This document shows positions 53,371 to 64,000 of a stretch of DNA of 64,000 bases, piece after piece. Made by a program: the position numbers and the translations under genes. Source of the stretch: Mobula birostris (Eukaryota). The stretch lies in the NCBI RefSeq assembly GCF_030028105.1, contig NC_092397.1, forward strand, positions 35,989,097 through 36,053,096. The letters are read 5' to 3'. The notes below the pieces were generated by a model, which was not told the origin of the DNA, did no database searches, and saw nothing but the letters and a program-made list of their open reading frames with translations. Numbering within the stretch: position 1 is the first letter of the stretch; each line of letters begins with the position of its first letter.

Positions 53371-53689
53371 AAAAACTTGTCACCATTGTAAACAGAATGG
53401 GGAGAGTGGGAGATTTCCAGGGACGCTGACCCACTCCCCCATTCCCTGGAATTGAGTGTGTTATACACAGTAACATTCATATAATTTAGCTCTTCGATCT
53501 TATAAATATGTCATGTTTGTATTTTGTATATTTTTGTGTGGATAATCTTTTATAATCTGGGATGAAAGATGTTGGAACTAGATCACTGGAAAAAAACGTC
53601 ACGGAAAAATATTGTCAAAGCCAAAATATTAATCCAAAGTAAGTTGTTATCACACTTCGCATAAGGCACCATATAGTTCAAAGATCAAA

Positions 53690-55960
53690 TTAAAATTTAC
53701 TCTCACAGTACATACGTGTCACCACAGATAGCCAGAGATTCTTGTTCAGCGGGCATGCTTAGCAAATCTACAGAACAGTAACCGTGAACTGTAAATATGA
53801 GGAAATATAAACTGTAAACAAATTGTGTAAATGCAGAAAAATGAATAGCAATAAATAACAAGCATGAAATAACGATATAACAGTCCTGACATGAGTGTAT
53901 CTATCCCCTTTTGTTCAGGACACTGATGATTGAGGGGTAGTAACTGTTCTTGAAGCTGGTGGGGCGAGTACTGAGGTACCTGTACCTTCTACCTGATGGC
54001 AGCAGTGAGAAAAGAGCATTGCCTGGGTGGTGAGGATCTTTGCTGATGGACGCTGCTTTCCTACGGCAATGTTTCATGTGGATGTGCTCAGTGGTTGTGA
54101 GGATTTTACCCGTGATATACCGGGCCGAATCCACTACCTTTTGTAGGATTTCCCACTCAAAGGCATTGGTGTTCCTATACCATGCCGTAATGCAGCCAGT
54201 CAGCACACATTCTGCCACATATTTATAGAAGTTTGGTAAGTTTTCGATGACCGGCTGAATCTCTGAGTGCCCTGAGGAAGCAGAGGTGCAGTCGGGACTT
54301 CTTCACAATAATATTTATATGATGGGCTCAGGACAGGTCCTCAGAGAGTGACACACAGAAATTCAAAGTTACCGACCCTTTCCGCCTCTAATCGTCCTTT
54401 GATTACTGGCTCATGGACCTCTGGGTTTCCCCTCCTAAAGTCACAATCAGTCCCTTGGTCTCATCCACATTGAGTGAGAGGTTGTTGATATTACACAACT
54501 CAGCGAAGTTTTCAGAGTCCCTCCTGTATGCCGATTAATCACCCTCTTTGATACAGCCCACAACAGTTGTGTCATCAGTAAACTTGTAAATGGTGTTGGA
54601 AGTGTACTTGGCCACACATTCATACTGTCGGAGTAAAGTGAGTGGGGGGGGGGGTGCGGGGAGCTAAGCACACTCTGGGTGGGACTCCTGTGCTGTGGAG
54701 GAGATGTTTCTTGTCAATCCGGACTGACTGGGTTTTGCAACTGAGGAAATCCAGGATCCAATTGCACAAGGGGGTATTGAGGCCCAGGTCTGGGAGTTTA
54801 CTGATCAGTTTTGAGGGGATGACAGTGTTAAGTGCTGATCTGTAATCAATAAAGGGCATCCAGATGTTTGCACCTTTGCTGTCCAGATGTTCCAGAGTTG
54901 TGTGAAGAGACAACGAGACAGCATCTGCTGTTGCTTCGGTAGGTGAATTGGAGAGGATCCAAGTCACCATTCAGACAAGAGCTGATATGCTTCAACACAA
55001 GCCTCTCGAAACACTTCATCGCTGTGGATGTAAGTGCCACTGGGCAATAGTCATTCAGACAGGTTATCACGCTCCTGTTGGGCACCGATATGATTGAAGC
55101 TTCCTTGAAGTAGGTGGGTTCCACACACTGCCAGATCGAGAGGTTGAAGATATCCGTGAATACACCAGCCAGCTGGTCAGCAGAGGTCTTCAGTACTCGG
55201 CCAGGTACTCCATCCAGACCGGATGCTTTCCTTGGATTCACTCTCTTGAAGGCAGCCTGCACGTCATCTTCAGATACTGAGACCAAATGACCATCGGGAG
55301 ACAGGGGGGTGCGCGATGTTTCCTCCCTCTTCTGCCTGTCCAAAGTGAGCATAGAAGGCATTGAGCTCGTCTGGAAGCGAAGCTCTGCTGTCCCCTTTGT
55401 CACTATTTACCTTTGCAGGAGGTTCTGGCATTCAAACCCTGACACAGATCTTGAGCATCACTCTTTTATTCCATTCTATTCCAGAATCTCCACATTGCCC
55501 AAGAGACGGCTTTCCGCAGATCATACCTGCAGCTCTTGTAGTATTCCTGATCTCCAGACCTGAATGGATCTGATCTGGTGCTCAGCTGGTTCCAGATCTC
55601 AGTGCTTACCCAGAGTTTCTGATTTGGGAAAACCCTGAATGATTTTGTGGGGACACACGCCTCCACAGCTGTTTTATTGAAGTCTGTAGTGACCCCGGTG
55701 TCGTCCTTCAGGTCCTGAGATGAGTTCATGAACATGGCTCAGCCTGCTGACTCAAGGCAATCCTGTAACCGTTCCTCTGCCTCCCAACACCACCCCTCGG
55801 TTATCTGGATATCTGGAGCCTTGTTCCTTAGTCTCTGTCTGTATGCAGGTAGCAGGAGTACAGTCAAATGATCCAACTAAACAACAACAGGCATTCCTGA
55901 TCGTGGTGTAGCAGTGCCCTAGTGTGTTGGGACCTCTGATGCAAAAGGTTACTACTTCAG
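53690..55960 (-). mobile_element. Decayed Rex1/Babar-type LINE
   Basis: ORFs 54846..55403 ([36 protein letters not shown]), 54620..54970 and 53901..54218. Confidence 0.85.
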
Positions 55961-56069
55961 ATTCATTTTCTTTCAGATATCTACAGGAAAATGAATACAA
56001 TGGAATTGATGAAAACTACAGACAGCAAAGACTGACAGACAAATCATGTGCAAAAGAAGACAAATAGTG

Positions 56070-56695
56070 GAATATCCTCCTCTTCATTATTAATTACATT
56101 GTCCTTAGATTCAGTAATTAGTCTAATTAACGTTCGCCTTGTGGTAACATGTTCACACGGGATCTTAGCTTCCACACACACCTCTTTGAGCTGATCCAGT
56201 TGCAAAAGCCATAGGCTCTGAGACAAGGTCTCTGCCAACTCCCCCCGATCCATTATGTGTGAAGCAGCCGCGCCCCCAAAGAAGCGCGCTCCCGCTCTCC
56301 ATCAAACGCGATCCATGTCCTCGTTGTGGCCACACTGAGCGACGTTAATTGTCCCGGGTTCCGGCACCAAATATTTGTTGCACACAAAAGGGATTTCCAG
56401 GCGTGCCGAAGTTTAAAATAGCCTCTTTATTTTCCTTTCTGGAAACACCGGAACACAGCGCATCGGCTTTCCACGCACGCTGCCGGGCCGTCTCCGTCCA
56501 CTCCATCACATCCCCGGGACCCCTCAGCTGCCCCAACTGCCTGGATAAGCTTTGCCCCTTGTAACCATCAACCAACCCACTGAACATTAATCAAATTGTC
56601 AATGCACCAAATAACAAAACCAAAGCACTAAAAATAATATGAACATAATATAAGAAAATTAGGGGGGTATCCAGTGTCCATTACTATGCTCCACA
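56070..56695 (-). mobile_element. Truncated LTR retrotransposon 5' end: LTR, tRNA-Phe PBS and start of gag-like ORF
   Basis: Minus strand TG...CAACA (56695-56376) with AATAAA at 56431-56426; PBS TGGTGCCGGAACCCGGGA at 56369-56352 (one mismatch to the complement of the tRNA-Phe 3' end); ORF from 56253 MDRGELAETLSQSLWLLQLDQLKEVC. Confidence 0.75.
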
Positions 56696-56944
56696 TTACT
56701 ATGGGTCCCACTTTGGCATGGGTGACCCTCCCAAAAGCCAAACCACAAGGGCCTTGCCTCCAGCCAGCTTCACTCTCCGGTCATTGAGGCAGGTTTCAGA
56801 CATCCCACCTCTCCCGGAAGATCCGGGAGTCTCCCGCATATCGATAGTGGCTCCCTGACGCCCGGAATTATATACAATATCCCGGAAATAGATTTATTTT
56901 TGAGAGGGAGAGCGAGCATCCTGTTTGGTCTCTCTTCGTGCTGA

Positions 56945-57638
56945 GAGTGGTCTCCAACCACCGGGCCGTGAGGAAACAATATGATTTGGCGATATGAAAC
57001 GATATGAGTCAGCTGCACCTTTTCTCACTCCCTGTCACGCACTGTTGAGCTCGAACGCACGCGAGGTCATTACGCACGCCTCATCCATGTCAGCGCGGGA
57101 AAAAGATCAACTCCTGGAGCTTGTAAGTGACGGCGGGCTGAAAAGTATGTTTGACATAACATCTCTGCCGGCATTCTGGATCAAAGTCAAGGCTTACTAT
57201 CCTGAGATAGACACGAAAGCACTGAAAACGTTGCGTCCATTTCCAACATCATATCGCTGCGAAGCGGAGTTTTCTGCAATGAATGCAACGAAAACTAAAT
57301 TGCGGAATAGACTGGACATAAGGAACCCCCTTCGAGTATCACTGTCTCTTGTCACCCCTCGATGGGACCGTCTTGTTGCAGGAAAACAAGCCCAGGGCTC
57401 ACACTGATTCAGCGATATTGGTGTGTTGCAATGAATTTATATGTTTACACGGGGAAAATATGCGCTGTGTGTTTAATATCCAAACGTTACTTAAAATGTT
57501 ATGATGCTATTGACTTATCACCTATATTCCGGTCGTGATTAACACCGCCCCCCGCTCCCCGCCCCCGGGTCGGCCGGTCCGCAAGAATATTGTCAATATT
57601 GAACCGGTCTGCGGTGCAAAAAATGTTGGGGACCGCTG
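56945..57638 (+). mobile_element. hAT-Charlie/Buster internal-deletion derivative
   Basis: TIRs gAGTGGTCTCCAAC / GTTGGGGACCGCTG; ORF 56994..57407 ends in a hAT dimerisation domain (FWIKV..YPEI..KALKTL.PFPTSY.CEA.FS...KTKLRNRLD...KQAQGSH). Confidence 0.88.
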
Positions 57639-57967
57639 CTAGGTAGACCTATCAGTTTTCTCTGTGGGCGGGCTTTACAGTCGACCTCAAAAATAATGGC
57701 AGTGTTGCTCGCTGCACCTTTTGCAACAGTGACCTTTCTATTGCCCATGGTGGGTTAAAATGTAAAAGACATGTTGAGGTGAGTTTAACAGGTGTCATTA
57801 CAGCATAGGTAACGTTATTTAAACTAGCTGGTTAGCTGCTAAGGAGCAACGCTATTGATGTCCTACGTGATGAGGCCAACCTCCCTGCAGACTTGCTTAA
57901 AGTTGTAATAGAATAAACATGATAATAAAATATAATATAACACATATTTTAATGTCACATTTGCTGC

Positions 57968-58840
57968 ATATAGTCATAGTCATAGTCATACTTTATTGAT
58001 CCTGGGAGAAATTGGTTTTCGTTACAGTTGCACCATAAATAATAAATAGTTAAATAGTAATATGTAAATTATGCCAGGAAATAAGTCCAGGACCAGCCTA
58101 TTGGCTCAGGGTGTCTGACCCTCCAAGGGAGGAGTTCTAAAATTTGATGGCCACAGGCAGGAATGACTTCCTATGACGCTCTGTGTTGCATCTCAGTGGA
58201 ATGAGTCTCTGGCTGAATGTACTCCTGTGCCCAACCAGTACATTATGTAGTGGATGGGAGACGTTGTCCAAGATGGCATGCAACTTGGGCAGCATCTTCT
58301 TTTCAGACACCACAGTCAGAGAGTCCAGTTCCATCCCCACAACATCACTGGCCTTATGAATGAGTTTGTTGATTCTGTTGGTGTCTGCTACCCTCAGCCT
58401 GTTGCTCCAGCACACAACAGCAAACATGATAGCACTGGCCACCACAGACTCGTAGAACATCCTCAGCATCATCCGGCAGATGTTAAAGGACCTCAGTCTC
58501 CTCAGGAAATAGAGATGGCTCTGACCCTTCTTGTAGACAGCCTCAGTGTTCTTTGTCCAGTCCAGTTTATTGTCAATTCGTATCCCCAGGTATTTGTAAT
58601 CCTCCACCATGTCCGCCCTGACCCCCTGGATGGAAACAGGGGTCACCGGTCCATTAGCCCTCCTCAGGTCTACCACCAGCTCCTTAGTCTTTTTCACATT
58701 AAGCTGCAGATCATTCTGCTCACACCATGTGACAAAGTTTCCTACCGTAGCCCTGTACTCAGCCTCATCTCCCTTGCTGATGCATCCAACTATGGCAGAG
58801 TCATCAGAAAACTTCTGAAGATGAAAAGACTCTGTGCACT
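57968..58840 (-). mobile_element. 5'-truncated Rex1 LINE
   Basis: ORF 58137..58697 ([35 protein letters not shown]); (CATAGT)n tail at 57968-57990. Confidence 0.88.
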
Positions 58841-59017
58841 AGTATACCCAACTTGGTTTACAGATTAGACAAAATCACTAAACAAAGTATTACATACACA
58901 CTTGGAGGTCGACAGGCGGGAGGGGGGAATATGGTGTTGCAGGGGGCGGGGGAGCTACCTCCCTGAAATGGTGGTGATACCTCCCTGAAATGAGTTTTTG
59001 CAGGGTGGGATGTCTGT

Positions 59018-59148
59018 GGTTTGCTCCAGGAAATGATCTCCCACTTTGCCAGGTTTGCTGCAGGAAATGATCTCCCATTTTGCCAGGTTTGCTGCAGGAA
59101 ATGATCTCCCATTTTGCCAGGTTTGCTGCGGGAAATGATCTCCCATTT
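59018..59148. repeat. 34-bp minisatellite, about 4 copies
   Basis: Unit TTTGCTGCAGGAAATGATCTCCCATTTTGCCAGG. Confidence 0.92.
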
Positions 59149-60979
59149 GTGCAGCTTCATTCAAGCAGGGAAGCTGAAGGTGCTAGTCTGCACTGAGGTT
59201 CGATTTCAGGACTATCAAGTGGCCCTCAAAGCTGCTACCACATCATTTATATCAAGCAAAGAGATTCTAATCATGTGATGTCATTTTGTTAATTTGTAAA
59301 TAATCTAGATAGATTTAGAAATCAGATAGCTTCAGAAAGAACAGGAAGGATAGTTTATTTTCAGCTTTATTCCATCCAGTCTGAAATATAAACTTTTTAC
59401 CATATCTGTAAGAATGGGAAATTGACTGGATCTGTACAATGAAAGCCTTACTTTGTGTCATGTAAATTGTGTCACTTTCTTTCTCCCTGTTTGTTTTATC
59501 CTGTCAGCAGAGTGAGATACAAATCAAATCAAGTTTAATTATCATTCAGCTGTAATAGATAGGGTGAATGAGGCAGCGTCCCTCGGGGGACATGGTGCAG
59601 AACGAACAACATAGTGCATTCAAAAAAGTGAGTAGAGAAGCCTCTTCACGTGGGATAAGAACATATATGTAGTCCAAGACCCTCAGTGACCTGTCCTGCA
59701 ATCAATGGTACAATCTCCTGGCAGTGTGCAGACACGTGCAGTCCAGACTGTTGTTCCACCACTCGAACAGGAGAGGGCAGCACCAACGGGAGAGGCCAGC
59801 CCCCTGCTGAGCGCGGATGCCACGTTGCACCGCCTCCAGCGTCCCTCACCTGGCCTGCAGCTGCAGGCAAGCCTGCGGCTCGAGGACTCGTCCCCACTAC
59901 AATCGGGGCTACGTGGCTTCTACTATCGCACCACCAGACAAGTGTAACAGGCCTGCGGCAACTTACACTATCACTCTGCAAAAGAGTCTTGCGATTGCGA
60001 GTGAAATAACCATGACAATCTTTCACGTACCAACTCCGATACCTCTGAGTGGCAGGCAGCAACACAGTCTCTACTCAAGCTCTGTATAAATTTTGGGTTT
60101 ATTATGTACATAAATAGCAGCAAGAGTTAGGCCATTCAGCTCTGTGGGCCTTCTCTGTAATTCAGAATTTGTTGATCTCTTTCTAATCTACTCACAAGTC
60201 TTGCATCCCTTGATTCCTTTCAAAGTTCAAAGTAAATTTTATTATCAAACTACATGCATATCACCATATACAACCATGAGATTCACTTTCCATTGGGCAT
60301 ACTCAGCAAATCTATAGAATGGTAACTATAACAGGATCAATGAAAGGTCAACTAGAGTGCAGAAGACAACAAACTCTGCAAATACAGATATAAATAAATA
60401 GCAATAAATAACAAGAGCATGAGATAAAGAGTCCTTAAGGTGAGGTCATTGGTTGTGGGAACATTTCAATGATGGGGCAAGTGAGTGTAGTTATCCTCTT
60501 TTATTCAAGAGCCTGATGTTGAGCTTTCATTGTAATAATAATAATAAGTACTTCATTGATCCCTAGTAGGGAATTCTTTCATTACAGCAGCAACATTTAA
60601 AGACACATTTAGCAGTGTGCAGACTTAACTAATAACAAAGTACAGAATAATAACATGCACAATAATTTACCAATGTGCAATAATTTGCAATAATAATGTG
60701 TAATAAATATGTATTGAGTTGCTGCCACTTGATTGGCTGCTGAGGATATTTGCATTAATGAGTAGGTGTACCTAATAAAGAGGCCACTGTGTGTATATAG
60801 TCGAACATGAGAAACATCATTCCCTTGTGCCCGTTTCAACAACCCGTTGAACTCAGCTGCAATACACAAGCATATCTTTGCTCAGTTAGGAAGACCAGAC
60901 ACGTGCATGATATTCCAGATGCGATCTCAGCAGAAAACATAAATTTTCAAACTTGCTGTTTTTAAAAGAAATACTTCTG

Positions 60980-62350
60980 TTAGGGTCTAGGCCTGAAACG
61001 TCAACTGCACCTCTTCCTAGAGACGCAAACACGAGGAATTCTGCAGATGCTGGAAATTCAAGCAACACACATCAAAGTTGCTGGTGAACGCAGCAGGCCA
61101 GGCAGCATCTGTAGGAAGAGGTACAGTCTGGAGGAAGTGCCAGGAGCCAAAGGAGAAATTATCAAGAGTAAGGACTAATTCTGCTAGACGGAGCAGAGTG
61201 GTGGTAGAGGGGAACTGCTGAGGTCTGGAATCCAAAAAGAAATGGAGAGCTTTGAGACCTTCCTGATGGGGAATAGAAGTATATAGGGACTGGACATCCA
61301 TGGTGAAAATAAAGCAGTGGGGGTCAGGGAACTTAAAATCATCGAAAAGTATCAGAGCGTGAGAAGCGTCACAAACATAGGTAGGAAGGGATTGAACAAG
61401 GGGGGGATAAAACCGTGTCGAGGTATGCAGAAATGAGTTCGGTGGGGCAGGAGCAAGCTGAGACAATAGGTCTGCGAGGACAGGCAGGTCTGTGGATCTT
61501 GGGTAGGAGGTAAAAATGGGAAGTGCGAGGTGTGGGAACTATAAGGTTGGTAGCAGTGGATGGGAGATCTCCTGAGCGGATAAAGTCGGTGATGGTGTGG
61601 GAGACAATGGCCTGGTGCTCCTTAGTGGAGTCACGATTGAGGAGTAAATAAGAGGAGGTATCCGCGAGTTATCGCTGTGCCTCTGCAGGGTAGAGGTCAG
61701 TACGCCAGACTACAACAGCACCCCCCTTATCAGTGAGTTTGATAGTAAGGTTAGGATTAGTTTGGAGGGAGTGGAGAGCAGAGCGTTCGGAAGGAGTAAG
61801 GTTGGAATGGGAACAAGGTGCCGTGAAGTCGAGACAGTTGATGTCCCGTCAGCAGTTAGCAATAAAGAGATCCAGAGCAGGCAGAAAACCAGTGCGGGGT
61901 GTCAATAAAGAGGAGGAGGGTTGAAGACAGGAGAAGGGGTCATCAGTGAGGGTGGAAGAGTCCTTGCTGAAGAAGTAGGCTTGGAGACGGAGATGGCGGA
62001 AGAAGAGTTCCGCATCATGGCGAACGCGCAACTCGCTGATGTGTGGGCGAAGGGGGACAAAGGTGAGGCCCTTACTGAGGATAGAGCGTTCTACCTCAGA
62101 CAGTTGAAGGTCAGAGGGGATGGTAAAGACCCGGCACGGATGAGAGCTGGGATCAGAGTGGGGAGGGGGAGGCTAGGGGTGTCAGTGGAGAGGGGAGGGT
62201 TGGGGTGAGAGGAAGATGGAGCCTCTGAGGGCCCAGGAGCTGATGGTGGGATCTGAGGGTGACGGGGGTTGCAGAGTGGCGGTGGGGGAAAGGGAGACGG
62301 GAGTCACAGTAGCAGCACATAAAGACCCGGCCTGGAGTTGAAGGCTGGAG
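60980..62350 (-). mobile_element. Penelope-like element RT fragment joined to terminal-repeat sequence
   Basis: FIFTMDVQSLYTSIPHQEGL..L..FL...TLLRLAELVLTLDNFSF (PLE RT); FFRHLRLQAYF; terminal-repeat pieces at 60980-61128. Confidence 0.85.
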
Positions 62351-62619
62351 TCGCAGTTGGTGCACTTTGGACCTTAGCTCCAGCTGTAATCTACCCATGT
62401 TCCTGACCATTGGCGTTCTTGACCTGGACCACAGCTCCGCCGAATACTTAGCCTACTCCCCGGTTCCATCTGTACACTCTGCTTATATTTGAGACGATAT
62501 CTCAAACTCCAGACAAATGAGTAAGCCAGATGCTGTAAATGGGAATTTTGCAGACCCATGGGAGGCAAGCATTTCATCCATGCCTATTTCAATAAAATCT
62601 TTAAATTGAAGGGGTCTTA

Positions 62620-63100
62620 GTGGCACAGAAAAAGCCCTTTGGCCCATCTAATCCATGTCGAACTGTTTGAACTCCCTACTCCCATCAACCTGCACCGGGA
62701 CCATAGCCCTGCATACCCCTGTTACCTATGTACCTATCCAAACTTCTCTTAAATGTTGAAATCGAGCTCACATGCACCACCTGCACTGGCAGCTCATTCC
62801 ACACACTCGCAACCCTCTGAGTCAAGACGTTTCCCCTTATGTTCTCCTTAAACTTTTCACCTTTCACCCTTAAACCATGACCTCTAGTTGTAGTCCCATC
62901 CAACCTCTGTGGAAAACACCTGCTTACATTTACCCTATCTATACCCCTCATAATTTTGTAAACCTCTATCAAATCTCCTCTCAGTCTTCTACGTTCTAAG
63001 GAATAAAGTCCTCACCTGTTCAATCTTTCCTTATAACTCAGGTCTTTCAGTTCTGGCAACATCTTTGTAAATTTTTTTCTGTACTCTTTCAACCTTATTT
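62620..63100 (-). mobile_element. CR1 LINE 3' fragment
   Basis: IEVYKIMRGIDRV...TRGHGLRVKG..F...QRV..VWNELP. Confidence 0.8.
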
Positions 63101-63193
63101 GCGAACTATGTAGATTAAATTTCACCATATAGAAACCGGCAATGGGTAGTATTTTATTTTATTAAAATTTGAAGTTAGAGGGGTTGAAGGGCA

Positions 63194-63445
63194 GGCACCA
63201 TGGTGGTGTAGCAGTTAGCACAATGCTTTCACAGTTCAGGGTGTTCCAGAGTTGGGAGTTCAATTCCAGCGCCTTCTCCAGGTGCTCCGGTTTCCTCCCA
63301 CATCCCAAAGACGTACCGGTTCATCGGTTATTGTAAAGTGTCCTGTGATTAGGCTACTGTTAAATAGGTGAGTTGCTGGGTGGTGTAACTTGTTGGGCTG
63401 GAAGGGCCCATTCCGTACTATACAGTATCGCTAAATAAAATAATA
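63194..63445 (+). mobile_element. tRNA-derived V-SINE (HE1-like)
   Basis: A box TGGTGTAGCAGTT, B box GAGTTCAATTCC, V-domain GGTGCTCCGGTTTCCTCCCACATCCCAAAGAC, CR1-like tail and A-rich end. Confidence 0.75.
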
Positions 63446-64000
63446 CAAAATAGAAAAAATTATGTACATATGTATATGTTTATTATAATTATTAAAATAA
63501 ATGTTTATAAACTCTGCATCAAAATAGAAATAAAGTTTAATATTTTACATGAATACTGTAAACACTTCTGGGGAGTATTTTAAATTCTACTTTACAACTA
63601 TGAATACACTACACATAAAAAGAAAATCTGAATAAACTAATTCTTTTCGTGCTCACTGTTTAAAAGTTTCACAAGTTTGTTTTCACGTCAACATGGCACA
63701 GTCAAACTGAACAAAAGCAGGCCTGACTGGAGCACATTTTACAAGGTCTCAACTTATACTGGAGATAATTCTGTTCCAGCAATCCTTATCAAGAGCATGT
63801 TAAAAGCAAACTTTTTCAAGCCGTTCCAACTGCACATAAGTTTGGGCCAAATTAAAATTATCTCCAAACTCATCACTTTTCAAGAGGGAAAGTGGGAACA
63901 ATTAAACATCGGAACAACCAGGGGAATGAAATTGTAAAATTAATCTCTTGTTTCAGTTCCCCGATTTTCATAATTTTCTTGCTACAAAATATCCCGTCTC

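Larger units (their letters stand above)
56797..59016. mobile_element. Non-autonomous TIR element (hAT-like) hosting two later insertions
   Basis: Perfect 13-bp TIR: CAGACATCCCACC at 56797-56809 and GGTGGGATGTCTG at 59004-59016; TSD unclear. Confidence 0.65.

Noticed and set aside
56994-57407. Domesticated ZBED/Buster host gene
   Set aside because: Only the C-terminal fragment is present, inside a ~700-bp TIR-bounded element
59600-60090. GC-rich segment with several overlapping ORFs
   Set aside because: No recognisable protein or splice structure; it follows a LINE-like tail and is probably repeat UTR
63194-63275. tRNA gene
   Set aside because: A and B boxes continue into a V-domain and LINE-like tail, so this is a SINE head; no convincing cloverleaf

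Overview
Eukaryotic, repeat-rich vertebrate DNA, most likely from a cartilaginous fish (ray or shark). This is inferred from the mix of CR1, Rex1/Babar, Penelope and V-SINE repeats and from the divergent H1. The window holds a small replication-dependent histone cluster with seven intact intronless genes: H4(+), H2B(+), H2B(+), H2A(+), H1(+), H3.2(-) and H4(-). Each has a 3' stem-loop and a purine-rich histone downstream element (HDE). The two H4 genes lie in the arms of a large inverted duplication (1-~7310 versus ~33425-45177, probably continuing beyond the window start). The arms enclose a ~26-kb core that carries the other five histone genes. Identity between the arms is stratified: ~99% over H4 and its promoter, and clearly lower on both sides, which suggests gene conversion. 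Three histone parts survive without a CDS: an H4 promoter copy cut just before its TATA box, an H2A promoter with four exactly spaced CCAAT boxes that now abuts a LINE, and a decayed H4 3' end. The window also contains a C2H2 zinc-finger pseudogene, a 46-bp hairpin minisatellite, many Penelope termini with minimal hammerhead-ribozyme cores, nested transposons, and an unassigned CpG-rich promoter/first exon (CLEAR, CRE and X-box-like motifs) at ~53.1-53.35 kb. No CRISPR array, rRNA or intact tRNA gene was seen, and no wholly new system is proven. Percent identities and repeat boundaries are by-eye estimates.
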